Of a stretch of 64,000 bases of DNA, positions 43,901 through 53,160 are shown piece by piece. A model generated the notes under the pieces. That model did no database searches, was not told the origin of the DNA, and was given only the letters and a program-made list of their open reading frames with translations. The position numbers were made by a program, and so were the translations under genes. The DNA lies in contig NW_013657639.1 of assembly GCF_000142905.1 (NCBI RefSeq), positions 208,976 through 272,975 of the forward strand, read 5' to 3'. This stretch comes from Thecamonas trahens ATCC 50062. Lineage: Eukaryota > Protista > Apusomonadida. How positions within the stretch are numbered: position 1 is the stretch's first letter; every line of letters begins with the position of its first letter.

Positions 43901-46900
43901 GCGCTCAAGACGCTTGGTGAGTTTGTGCGATTTGCCGAGGTCTCTGCGCTCGGCTTGCTCCCTTTCCACTTGCTGGATCAGTGGCAGCAAACTGTGCGGC
44001 TGGCAGCGGCGGCGTACGCTGCGGTGGCAGCAATGGCCCTGGCGGACCATACTCTCGCGCTTCCGTTTCTCGCCTTCCGGTTCTGGATTCGCGGGGGGAG
44101 TAAGTGCGAGCTGGTCCTGGGCTCGCTGTCAGCCACCGTGCTGGAAAAGTGGCTCGAGGCGTACGAGGTGGGCCAGCTGGCGAGCTCCACGCGCGACGCG
44201 GTCGATAGTATCGTGACGGCCGAGGCCGAGCTCGGTGAGCTCAACACCCGGCTGGGCAATCTGCTCTCGCGGCGCTCCGATGTCAAGGGCTTTATGATGG
44301 CGTACGAGGGCTACGAGCTGGCGCATGCCCGTGAGCCCGAGCGGGCCGAGGCCAAGTTTGCAGCTCAGCGGGGCGCGGCGCTCGGCTTTGTGCAGAGCCT
44401 CGGTGGTGAGGGCGAAGGCGAGGCGGCGGTCCCGGTCTGGTCGCAGGCGGCCAAAACCCAGCTCGCGGCCAAGACAGCGGCGCTCCGCGAGACCAGCGTC
44501 GAGTGGGTCGAGTGCCGGGCCGGCGAGCTTGTGGCCCAGCGGGAGCGGTTCTTTAGCTTTCTCCGCGACGTTGTCTCGGTCCTTGACGATCTGCTGGCAT
44601 GCGAGCGTGCACGAGTGCGGCGGATGCGAATGCTCTTGCTGGATTTGACGTTCATGGAAGCGCGGGCGAATGGCATGCTTGACGCGCTGCCGCACCGATT
44701 GGCGGTGTGCAAGTCTGGGCTCTCGGTGGCCACGTTTAGCAATGAGAGCACAGCGGCGAGTGAGCTGCTTGACCCTGCGTGGCCGCTAGTCTCGAGTGAG
44801 CTCGGGCTTTCTGCACAGGCACCGCTTGTGGTGGAGCTCGAGCTAGTGACTGTGGACGACATGTGGTCGCGAGCGATGGGCGAACTTGCACGGCTCTCTG
44901 CCGAGATGGGCTCGTCGTGGCTAGGCAAGCTGGTCTCGGAGCTCGGTTCGCCGGTGAGCGTTTGGAACAGAGACGGGCGAGCCGGCCTCCTGGCGGCGAT
45001 CCGCAAGCTTGACGCAGCAGCCAATCGAGCGCCCAAGGCGCGGCGGACCCTGACGCAGCTAGCCGGGGAGTACCTTGCCGTGGAGCGGCAACTTCCCGCC
45101 GAGGCCGAGCCAGCAAGCCTGGCGCTGAGCCGAAGCGTGATGGTGACGAGCGAGCTCGGAGTGCGGCAGCTGTCGATCGAGCAGGCAACGGCGGTGTTTC
45201 ACTCGTTCCCGCTGGCCGACGACATCCGCCGAGTCGAGCCTGTCCATCACGGGCTACGGTACAGACCATCGCGGGCGCCGATGGCGCAGATGGCGGTCCA
45301 GCACCTGGGACGGCTGTTGTTTGGCGCCTCATCGCCGGTGGCATGGTCGACCGAGGTCTCGATCAGGACGGTTGGCAGCGATGAGGCGCGGGTCGAATCG
45401 CTCTGCGGCAAGCAGCTTGTGAGCCGCGTGGCCGGCATCGATCTGGCGCGCGCATTGCGATGGTACCCGCAGCTTGTAGATGCGATTGATATTGGGTCGT
45501 TCTCGCGAGCGTTTGTGATGTGTGTGCTGGCTGTACCCGACTCGCTGGCTGCCGGCCTCGTCTCGCTCCAGCTGTGCATGAGCGATGGCAAGCTGACGGC
45601 GTTTGTGGCGATTGACGATGCGCAGAGTGGCTTTTCCGGGCGCGGTGGGGTGCGACTGCGGTCGATCCTGCTCTGCATGCCGCAAATGCTTGCGGCGTTT
45701 GAGGCAACGACACGCGAGGTAGTGCTCGCGATCGAACCTGCGCTCTTTGTCCTTGAGTGGCTCGGGTTGGTGACCGGGGCCGCGGCGAGGGTCTCGAGCA
45801 CGTTGTGGGGCAAGCATAGTGCGCGGATGGTGTACTCTCGGCTAGTGGCGCTGCAGAGAGTGCTACAGGACGAAGAGTCGGCCTCCCACCTCGCTCTCCT
45901 CAACGCTGTCTCGCCGACCGTGGGCGCGCTGTACTCGGCAGCAATCGAGTCAGAGGAGTACACGTCCGGGTTCTCGGCGTCGCTGCCGGAAGCGCTGTAC
46001 CGGCGGTCGCGGTACTGGCCGTGGAGCGAGGGCGGTAAGGAGACGAGCAAGTATGAGCGTTTTACAATGGCGCGCGCGATTGAGGACTTGCTGCCGGTGG
46101 TGGACCTGAAGCTGCTGCGTCAGAGCGACGAAGAGCTTCTGCTCGATGCAGCACTCCGGGTGCCAGGCCTGACCAAGCTGACGCTTGTCGACCCAGGTGT
46201 GCCGCTGGGTAAGCTCGTGGAGGCTGTGGCATGGGCGCCGGAGCTGATGTGTGTGCGGTTGGTGCAGAGCACTGGGCAGGCGCCGCTGAAGTCACTGACG
46301 ACTGAAGGGCTGATGGCACTTGGTACGGCGGTGTCGCAGCTCGAGCTTGGCCTCCTTCCTGGGGTGGAAGTCGCAGATTGGCGGCGGCTGATCACGTCCG
46401 GAGTGGCGCTTACAATTGTACTTGGGGCCGAGGGCGACGGGTTCCGGATGTGTGGGTCGCCGCCAGAGGAGCTTGAGCTTTGGCGCGAGCTTGTGGGCGT
46501 GCAGATGTGGCTGCTGGAGCAGGGCAGTGATGCCGGGCTTGTGCAGGTTGTGCGCTCTGTGGCACAAAGTGTGGCAACCAAGCCTGGGGCGCTGGCTACA
46601 TTTCTGGCGCTGGAGGTCTCGCACGGACGGTCTGTTTTTGACTTTGCGGTGTACGAGAAGCGGAGCGGGGCTGTGCGGCGGCTGCTGGAGTTCTCGCCAT
46701 CGTTGACCTCGTACGACACGTTTGGCTACACGCCGCTGCATCGGGCGGCTGCGATGTGTGCGCCCGACCTTGTTCAGATGCTGCTGGAGGCGTACGCGGC
46801 GCGGTGTGGCAGCCACGTGAGCCGGCTGGAGTCACACTTTGCGTACGTGGGGCTCGCGAGTGGGGCGTCGGGAAAGCGGACGGCACTGCACTATGCTTGC

Positions 46901-49900
46901 GAGAGCAAGTCGCACGAGTGCGTGCAGCTTCTGCTGTCGGGTGTGGGCGCCGTCTCGCGCCGCGAGATTGTCCGCGGGGTCGGAGCCAATGGCGAGGATC
47001 TGAATCGCGTGGTGTACGGGTCCGGAGAGGACGACGAGATTGTAATTGCTGCGGAGCGGCAGGCGCAGCTGGAACTGCTTGCGCGGCCGGAGCTTGACGA
47101 CCACAAGACGCCGCTGCACATTTGCGCACGGCAGGGCGATGCGCGGACGGTGCGGCTACTGCTGGAAGCTGGGGCGCCTGTGAACGCGCTCACCGAGGTG
47201 TGGGGCTACTCAGCGCTGCACTTTGCAACGAAGAACGGGTTTGCGGAAACGGTTGTGCTCCTTGTGCAGTACGGGGCCAAGGTGTTTGTGAAGAATGCCA
47301 ACGGCGACACGCCTGTGGACCTTGCGTTCCGGCATGGGCGGTACAAGATCATGCAGCTGTTCATTGATCCGCAGCTCCTTGTACGGTACGTCGAGTCGCC
47401 GCAGCTGCTCGAAGAAGATGCAAGCAAGGGTGTGGAGGGGTACTACTCTGACGCGGTGGCTGGGAGCCGGCGGTCGGAGGTTGTGCTTGGGCTGGACTAC
47501 ATGGCGGACGCGCGGCTGTCTGCGGCGTACGCCAGTCACGCGGCACAGTATACCGACGGGGCGAACCGGGTGGTGGATGTTGCGCCGTATGTTGAGGCGG
47601 CGATGCTGTACAACGCGGCGGTGGAGGTGCTGCACGGAACGAGCGAGGTGTGCGACGGGCTGGATGCCGAGGCCTTTGAGTCATACCTGGTCAAGAAGAT
47701 GGAGCGCGTGGAGGGCTTTTTTGTTAGCGACGAGCTGGGCACGATGCTCACGGAAGAGACCGTGGCTTTCACCGCCAAGTTCCGAGAGCGGTTTGCGCAG
47801 CTGCGCGAGGCGCAAGTGGCGGCGAGCGCGTCCGGGATGGTGAGCGTGCAGGCCGGCGAGCGGCAGATGGGGCTTTTGCGGGAGATGTGGGAGCACGCCG
47901 TGCTCTCTGTCTCTGCTGTGGTGGAGGTGCCTGCGCTTGCGGTGCTTGTGATGCGGAGCGGTGAGGCACTTGTGCACGAGCCTGTTGAGGTTGTTGTTGC
48001 TGTCGAGAGCAATTCACCGGGGGCGAAACGGTTTGTGTACAACATGCTCTCGCTGTTTGCGGTGAAGCTGGCGAACCTCGGCGAGCTCCGGGGTGGGCTC
48101 CGTACGGATGGTAGCGTTTCGGTGCACTGTGCCGAGTCTGGACTCCGGCTCAAGCTTGCCTATGACACGACGGTGGTGCGATCGCCTGCGGTGGTTGCCA
48201 AGCTCCTCGCGACGCGGCGCTGCGGGTATGATGTGCTGTGGGAGACGCCCGGATCGCGTGTGACTGCGGCGCTGTCTGGCGCGCTCAAGAAGCTGCGCGG
48301 CGAGAAGATCGGTGGCGGGCTGTTTTCTCGTGTGTATGCGCGACATGCGCAAGGAAGCACGATTGTGGCGAACGCGGTGTTCGGGTTTGCGGTTCAGTTT
48401 GAGGACGGAATGCTGTTTGCAGGCCGGCAAGCGCAGATTGACCTCGGGCGCGAGATGATGTGCGTAGTGCGCGAGTGCGTGTACGGCATGTGTGTGTACT
48501 ACGGAGTGGGCAACGACAGGGCATTTGGGATGGAGGCATTGGTCCGGAAGCGGGTTGTGCCCGAGAGCGTGGGCGCCGAGGTGACAAGTCTACTGCATGC
48601 ACTCGGGCTGCAGCGCAACTTGGCGCGCCAGGTTTACAGGGCGAGCGACGACCGGGCTTTTGTGGCCGAATTTGTGCAGGGCGAAGAGAGCAAGATGTAC
48701 ACGATGGCCGGCTCGACGCTGGACGAGATGCTTGCGACGGTGCTTGCGTTTGTGGCGTGCGCCAAGCTCTGGGTTGTGGTACCCGTGAAGGAGAAACTGG
48801 ACGTTTGGTCGCACTACCGCACGTCTGGCTACCGCGGCGTACCCGACCGGGTGCGGCTCGAGCGGCTGGGCCTGTGCGCGCGGGCGGGCGGGGGCGACGC
48901 GAGCGTGCCAGTGGTGAGCACAACGCGGCCGCGGGCCAACTCGGTGTTTGAGTCGCTCAACTCTGCCGAGGTGCGTGCAGCAAGCGCTGCACTCGGGCTG
49001 AGCAGTGGTACTGGTGACGAGGTGTCGCTCCCATCGCTGGTGCCGGGGGTGTGGATGAGTGGCGCAAGCTCGCCGTGGGAGGGGCGCGAGGCGTCATATC
49101 CGTCGCTCGCGCCGGCAGTGTGGATGAGCGGAGCGAGCTCGCCGTGGGATGCCAACAACGTGAACGAGGCCGACTTTGACGCCGAAATCGAGGGCGTGCT
49201 CGACTTTGCACGAGCTGCGGGCGAACGAATGGAGAGCTCGATGGCGTGGTGGGACGAGGGATGCGTGCTGCACTTTGCGGGGCGGGCAGCACTGCGGATC
49301 GGGCTTTTAGAGCGTGGACGCGAGCTTCTGGAGCGATCGCGGGACGGCACGTCGCGGTGGCTCAAGGATTCGCCGCGTGTGCTGCTGGACAAGCTGTGGA
49401 TTGGCCATGCTGCGGCGTGCTGCGGCGACTACGAGGCTGCGCTGAGCGAGCTTGTGGGCTTTGAGCAGCTCTCAGAGCGGCTGGACATGGAGCTGCCGTG
49501 CCACCGTACGATTTCGAGCGGGTGGCGTGGGATTGTGGCGATGGAGGCTGAGCTTTCGGCGGCAGCCGAGAGTGCCAGCGTGGCGCTGCTTCCGCCAGAG
49601 GCGTGGGCTGCGGTGATCGACGTTGTGGAGGCGCTAGTGACGCTGAGCATGCACACTGTGGCGTGGGTGCGAGATGCATTTGTGCGCGGGTCAGTCCGTG
49701 TGGACGCGCTGGAGCCTGTTCGGGATGCGGCACGCGGACACGCCAACGGAGAGGCGCGGGAGCTGCTTCTGCAGTTTGCACTGTTGGCAAGCGAGGTGCT
49801 CGGCGAGGCGCGGCCTGCCGAGGCGCTCCTGCTGTGCGCTGTGCTTGAGCTCGATTTGCGGTCGCGTGCGACGCTCGAGGCGCGCGCGCTTGTGCTGCGG

Positions 49901-51061
49901 GTGGAGATCCTGCTGCGCGGACTGGAGCCGGTGGCACTCTCAGTGGCGGCACAGCGCAAGTCGCGCTCAGCAGGAATGGGCACGCGGCTGCTCTCGCTGG
50001 TGGCGGCGCTCATTGGCGAGGTGGACGCAGCAGAGGACGCGAGCCGGAGCGAGGAGAGCGTGAACGCGAATGCGAATGCGAGCACGACCGAGGCTGCGGA
50101 AAAGCGCGAGCGAGCGAGTGCAGAGCGTGCCGGAGCGCTTGACGAAATTGTGCGCTCTGAGGAGGTGTACCGCGACGCGATGGTGTCGATGGAGGATGAA
50201 GTTGCGATCCCGCTGCGCGAGGCCGGAGTTGTGAGCGAGGCGGAGTGGCGGGTGTTGTTCTCGCACCTAGGGCCCGTGCGGCGTGTGGCATGTGAGTTTA
50301 TGAGCCGGCTCACCGAGGCAATGAGCAGCGAGGGCGATGCAGGCGCGGCTGTGGCGCAGGTATTCCTGGACATGATTGGATACCTCTCTGTGTTTTCACC
50401 GTACGTCAACGCGCTCGGCGAGGCGCAGGCGATGCTTGCGCAGCTGTCGTCGCGTGAGGCGTTTGTGGCGTGGCGACAGAGTGTGGGCGCGAGCATGCCA
50501 CGCGGGCAGGGCCCGTTTTCTGGGCTGGAAAAGCCATTCCAGCGGATGCTCAAGTACCCGCTGCTTCTCGCGCGGGTGCAGAAGAACACGGATGAGGAGC
50601 ACGAGTCGTACGCTGTGATTGCCGAGGCAGCGAGTGCGGTGCAGGCCAAGGCCAACGACATCAACGAGAAGAAGCGGCAGGCGGAGCAGCGGGCGCGGCT
50701 GCTAGAGATCTCGCAGCAGACGTGGATCAACGACAAGCGAGCTGTGGAGCTTGTTGTGCCCTCACGCCGTGTTGTGGAAGAGGGAAAGGGCGTGCTGGTC
50801 TGGGGCGGAGTCGAAGAAGCTGTTGAGTGGGTGGCATGCAACGACGTGGTGTTCTTTGTCCGGGGAGGAGGGGCGGTGAAGCAGCGGCGGCGGGTTTTGG
50901 CTGTCCTGGAATGGAAGGACGTACGCGTGGAGGAAGTGTATGGATGGCCCGAAGTTGAGCTGGAAGACGTGGTGCGTGATGTTGTGTACGCGATTGGGTT
51001 TGATGGAGAGGAGGAGTGTGAGCGGTTTGTTGCGAGCGCGAGCGCAAGCGAGCGAGCGTAA
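40976..51061 (+). CDS. ~3360-aa multidomain protein: F-box, helical region, PI3/4-kinase-like (degenerate), ankyrin repeats, DUF294-type nucleotidyltransferase-like (degenerate), TPR-like, RhoGEF DH-PH
   Basis: Uninterrupted 10-kb ORF. F-box LPASVVARIASLLPIEDLL...VCLAWR; ankyrin GYTPLHRAA, KTPLHICA, GYSALHFA, GDTPVDLA; DH EIVRSEEVY...KPFQRMLKYPLLL...INEKKR. Upstream exons possible near the gap. Confidence 0.85.
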   Translation: MSGDTTGAVATTPEHVATLAQAARVILPYQQQQYTSSQEAANQTELASSLSGDVGSGSGHWDSLRFNSARYGCDGLNGVVGRAEIELSFTDFVETFEPVLAPASPGSEPSAMTVELVSLRVLHSLRQRELATSSPCSEADDSVRHDLGAMDVLALPASVVARIASLLPIEDLLTAGDVCLAWRERFRSNDIWRQACRLAWGRLPACADNNDGSLAAAAEASIRAAASPVDGLILALEYPASAPPDPETLLSERDSPQPVPRVLELVSGDVLDRLNAYLRKPQPSLLVKLLATYADDGQPQVASAAMTYVLQQLKFRAFKSAVMSFLLDDLTPTQIGWCEAFTQARTAGVAAAQWEADALLPVFETARAALKASEASAPALRAQVEALVVPQHRALGQVLVHRISGVLPSLFASVDLDSETSPLFAALHGALASHLAAAAAQHVPLVDVTPFNVDRVLTDLVDSGLTSGQFFSTPVEVQYVAHLVIVHFRFASAKRPSRVTSLLTFKSSSNTGSGSLAMAAAAAAAAANGEATLTRSLSSSISHTTSWKPTPSLDVIVGAVPDTLLNTFVCALLQIPLLRGEFVRRLSDGRRALAINAILAVLAARTKAGASSLRAVLLRGYFAQLSLDPANDPRETNLVELIDAILQAIEAGAPRGSTLMADIAAGFTALGAYWTGPRLKTLFQEVERATTTFVSDFVPSFVSMWHTIQDFQLTDEVQHGLLERDGGLFGSLTAEERPLREVLESLLALRLLLSAAVIETHRKSGLLMHAFSYANRIKQLCGFGLLLSTVASLGIEADDDDSECFGDANLLNLFFDVVQNPSVLRDPDELDVAFVYHEAAASLARLTERQEARLAQVVSSAEVSGPELSELVLAFEADSEQVLGLKEALGVVVSNPELAQGPLEELGVDTGVVHKRVVECAVQLETMRVQAESIQARLVDGLLASALVELAGLGPLDRQVRDSLASASMVAGEAEALKTLGEFVRFAEVSALGLLPFHLLDQWQQTVRLAAAAYAAVAAMALADHTLALPFLAFRFWIRGGSKCELVLGSLSATVLEKWLEAYEVGQLASSTRDAVDSIVTAEAELGELNTRLGNLLSRRSDVKGFMMAYEGYELAHAREPERAEAKFAAQRGAALGFVQSLGGEGEGEAAVPVWSQAAKTQLAAKTAALRETSVEWVECRAGELVAQRERFFSFLRDVVSVLDDLLACERARVRRMRMLLLDLTFMEARANGMLDALPHRLAVCKSGLSVATFSNESTAASELLDPAWPLVSSELGLSAQAPLVVELELVTVDDMWSRAMGELARLSAEMGSSWLGKLVSELGSPVSVWNRDGRAGLLAAIRKLDAAANRAPKARRTLTQLAGEYLAVERQLPAEAEPASLALSRSVMVTSELGVRQLSIEQATAVFHSFPLADDIRRVEPVHHGLRYRPSRAPMAQMAVQHLGRLLFGASSPVAWSTEVSIRTVGSDEARVESLCGKQLVSRVAGIDLARALRWYPQLVDAIDIGSFSRAFVMCVLAVPDSLAAGLVSLQLCMSDGKLTAFVAIDDAQSGFSGRGGVRLRSILLCMPQMLAAFEATTREVVLAIEPALFVLEWLGLVTGAAARVSSTLWGKHSARMVYSRLVALQRVLQDEESASHLALLNAVSPTVGALYSAAIESEEYTSGFSASLPEALYRRSRYWPWSEGGKETSKYERFTMARAIEDLLPVVDLKLLRQSDEELLLDAALRVPGLTKLTLVDPGVPLGKLVEAVAWAPELMCVRLVQSTGQAPLKSLTTEGLMALGTAVSQLELGLLPGVEVADWRRLITSGVALTIVLGAEGDGFRMCGSPPEELELWRELVGVQMWLLEQGSDAGLVQVVRSVAQSVATKPGALATFLALEVSHGRSVFDFAVYEKRSGAVRRLLEFSPSLTSYDTFGYTPLHRAAAMCAPDLVQMLLEAYAARCGSHVSRLESHFAYVGLASGASGKRTALHYACESKSHECVQLLLSGVGAVSRREIVRGVGANGEDLNRVVYGSGEDDEIVIAAERQAQLELLARPELDDHKTPLHICARQGDARTVRLLLEAGAPVNALTEVWGYSALHFATKNGFAETVVLLVQYGAKVFVKNANGDTPVDLAFRHGRYKIMQLFIDPQLLVRYVESPQLLEEDASKGVEGYYSDAVAGSRRSEVVLGLDYMADARLSAAYASHAAQYTDGANRVVDVAPYVEAAMLYNAAVEVLHGTSEVCDGLDAEAFESYLVKKMERVEGFFVSDELGTMLTEETVAFTAKFRERFAQLREAQVAASASGMVSVQAGERQMGLLREMWEHAVLSVSAVVEVPALAVLVMRSGEALVHEPVEVVVAVESNSPGAKRFVYNMLSLFAVKLANLGELRGGLRTDGSVSVHCAESGLRLKLAYDTTVVRSPAVVAKLLATRRCGYDVLWETPGSRVTAALSGALKKLRGEKIGGGLFSRVYARHAQGSTIVANAVFGFAVQFEDGMLFAGRQAQIDLGREMMCVVRECVYGMCVYYGVGNDRAFGMEALVRKRVVPESVGAEVTSLLHALGLQRNLARQVYRASDDRAFVAEFVQGEESKMYTMAGSTLDEMLATVLAFVACAKLWVVVPVKEKLDVWSHYRTSGYRGVPDRVRLERLGLCARAGGGDASVPVVSTTRPRANSVFESLNSAEVRAASAALGLSSGTGDEVSLPSLVPGVWMSGASSPWEGREASYPSLAPAVWMSGASSPWDANNVNEADFDAEIEGVLDFARAAGERMESSMAWWDEGCVLHFAGRAALRIGLLERGRELLERSRDGTSRWLKDSPRVLLDKLWIGHAAACCGDYEAALSELVGFEQLSERLDMELPCHRTISSGWRGIVAMEAELSAAAESASVALLPPEAWAAVIDVVEALVTLSMHTVAWVRDAFVRGSVRVDALEPVRDAARGHANGEARELLLQFALLASEVLGEARPAEALLLCAVLELDLRSRATLEARALVLRVEILLRGLEPVALSVAAQRKSRSAGMGTRLLSLVAALIGEVDAAEDASRSEESVNANANASTTEAAEKRERASAERAGALDEIVRSEEVYRDAMVSMEDEVAIPLREAGVVSEAEWRVLFSHLGPVRRVACEFMSRLTEAMSSEGDAGAAVAQVFLDMIGYLSVFSPYVNALGEAQAMLAQLSSREAFVAWRQSVGASMPRGQGPFSGLEKPFQRMLKYPLLLARVQKNTDEEHESYAVIAEAASAVQAKANDINEKKRQAEQRARLLEISQQTWINDKRAVELVVPSRRVVEEGKGVLVWGGVEEAVEWVACNDVVFFVRGGGAVKQRRRVLAVLEWKDVRVEEVYGWPEVELEDVVRDVVYAIGFDGEEECERFVASASASERA

Positions 51062-51069
51062 GTGAGCCA

Positions 51070-51404
51070 GCGAGCGGAAGCGAGCGCGAGCGAGCGGAAG
51101 CGAGCGCGAGCGAGCGGAAGCGAGCGCGAGCGAGCGGAAGCGAGCGCGAGCGAGCGGAAGCGAGCGCGAGCGAGCGGAAGCGAGCGCGAGCGAGCGGAAG
51201 CGAGCGCGAGCGAGCGGAAGCGAGCGCGAGCGAGCGGAAGCGAGCGCGAGCGAGCGGAAGCGAGCGCGAGCGAGCGGAAGCGAGCGCGAGCGAGCGGAAG
51301 CGAGCGCGAGCGAGCAGAAGCGCAAGAGCTTGGGCGAGCGGAAGCGCAAGAGCTTGGGCGAGCGGAAGCGCAAGAGCTTGGGCGAGCGGAAGCGCAAGAG
51401 CTTG
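51070..51404. repeat. 20-bp tandem repeat (GCGAGCGGAAGCGAGCGCGA) about 12 copies, grading into a 24-bp unit (GAAGCGCAAGAGCTTGGGCGAGCG) about 3.5 copies
   Basis: Seen directly. Confidence 0.95.
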
Positions 51405-51595
51405 GACACGCGAGCGAGCATGAGCAATCGCGACCGCGCAAACGGGTGCAATCGTGACCGCCCATCCATGAGCAATCACAACTGAGAGCGCAAGTGTTAT
51501 CAAGCGTCAGCGCAGAGTCTGTCCGCTAAGCGTCTGCAAAGCGCACCCTAGACCCCCTACGACTCCTCTTTTTCCCGTCTCCATCACCAACCATG

Positions 51596-52945
51596 TTAAA
51601 GATCAACCCGGTCATTGGGCACATCAGATAGCGCTTCGGCGGCGGTGGCAAGAGCGGCCAGCTGCCGCTGGCGATCACGACGGATGGAGAAGAAAGCCGA
51701 AACAGCGGCGAGGAGCAAGAAGAAGATGAGCAGATAGCAGGCGGTAGTGCGGGAGATGTGGCCTCGTGGGCGGCGGGCGGCGCGGCCGTCATGGCGAGGG
51801 TGTGAGCGGGTGGAGGTGCTGGCAGCGGCAGGCGCGCGAGGCTGTGGAGGCGCTGAGCGCGGAATCGGAGCTTGCCTCCCGAGACCGAGCTGGGCCTTGG
51901 CGAGCTCAAGCTCTGCGGCGAGGGCGACAAGCTGCTGAGTACGAGCATCAAGCGAGGCAGTGAGGGCGGCGACGGCCGAGGCGTCGGGATCCGCCGGCGG
52001 AAGCGGGTAGGCGGTGGGGAGAACGAGGGTGGCGGTCATGTTGCGGAGAACGACGTCGCGGATGGCAGCCATGTCGTCGAGGGCGACGGCGTTGACAAGG
52101 CCGATGGCTGTATCGTTGAGCTCGAGGATGTGGTACGAGTCGTCTGTGGATGAGTGAAGGAGGTCGAGGGCGCAGATGTCGAGGCCGCCGAGGACGCCCG
52201 AGGCGGCGTCGATCCAGGCCTTGAACTGCGGAGTGAGCTCGATCTCCTCGACAACGCCGGCGTTGCCGACATTGCCCTTCCAGCGCGGCGAGACGCGCTT
52301 GAAGACGCGGTAGCACTCGCCGATCTTCTGAATCCGCAGATCGTGGTCCCACTCGATGTAAGGCTCGACGGTGCAGTAGTGCGGCGTGATGGCCATGACG
52401 CCCTTAAAGTCGTCAAGCGACTCGGCATCGGTGAAGCGCATCTTGCCGTAGCCAGCATGAGCATGACCAAGCTTTGCGACGACCGGTAGATCCGGCGTGA
52501 CGATCATAGCTGCAGCATTGGGATAGTAGGCCTGAGCGATGAGCGGGAAGCCATGAGGCGTATCAGCGAGCTGACGATGGAGCTTGCGGAGCTCACCATG
52601 AACAACAGGACGATGAAGGGCAGCGTAAGCCGAATGGAGCGAGTTTGTGGCGGAGATCCCAGCCGAGATGAGCCCGTAGAGCAAGTTACGATCATCTTGA
52701 CCTTGACGAGAATGGAAGACTGTTCGAAGCAGTACATGATCTGGGCGAAAGGTCATCTGTCGCGTCCGTCGCTGGTTGGCTCGGAGGAAGACCACCGGCT
52801 TGCCGTCCGAGTACACCGCCAGGGAGACTTCCCCGAGACTCGCCTGTTCCACAATCACTTCCTCCCCGCCTACTCTTGCTCCGGCGAACATGGTCTGCCA
52901 GTCGCAGCTGGGCGTGCATTCCAGCACAAGGAGGCGGAAGGGCAT
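51596..52945 (-). CDS. SYN: Synapsin homologue (pre-ATP-grasp and ATP-grasp) with C-terminal coiled coil and TM helix
   Basis: VEQA, FRPDHVLLR, NSLHSAY, FPLIAQAYYPN, PVVAKLGHAHAGYGKM, DLRIQKIG, WKGNVG, GGLDICA, ILELND. Confidence 0.92.
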   Translation of the reverse strand: MPFRLLVLECTPSCDWQTMFAGARVGGEEVIVEQASLGEVSLAVYSDGKPVVFLRANQRRTRQMTFRPDHVLLRTVFHSRQGQDDRNLLYGLISAGISATNSLHSAYAALHRPVVHGELRKLHRQLADTPHGFPLIAQAYYPNAAAMIVTPDLPVVAKLGHAHAGYGKMRFTDAESLDDFKGVMAITPHYCTVEPYIEWDHDLRIQKIGECYRVFKRVSPRWKGNVGNAGVVEEIELTPQFKAWIDAASGVLGGLDICALDLLHSSTDDSYHILELNDTAIGLVNAVALDDMAAIRDVVLRNMTATLVLPTAYPLPPADPDASAVAALTASLDARTQQLVALAAELELAKAQLGLGRQAPIPRSAPPQPRAPAAASTSTRSHPRHDGRAARRPRGHISRTTACYLLIFFLLLAAVSAFFSIRRDRQRQLAALATAAEALSDVPNDRVDL

Positions 52946-53160
52946 GGGAGGTAGGGGGGGGGGGGGAGGAGGTCAGGTGTTGGGAGGGGATCGTTGGGAA
53001 GGAATGGTGAGAAGGAATGAAGGGGGGGGGGGGGGGGGGGGGATCGGGTTGATGGGTTGACGTGAGTCAGCATCAGGGGTCGCGGGAAAGGGATTGGGCA
53101 AAGGTCATCATCATCATCATCACAGGTCGGCTGGGCTGGGTGTGTACTCATTGACAGAGG

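Noticed and set aside
51070-51404. CRISPR-like array
   Set aside because: Head-to-tail units with no unique spacers and no cas genes; eukaryotic context.
49429-51503. Long minus-strand ORFs (678, 258, 237 aa)
   Set aside because: Repeat translations and antisense shadows of the giant gene.
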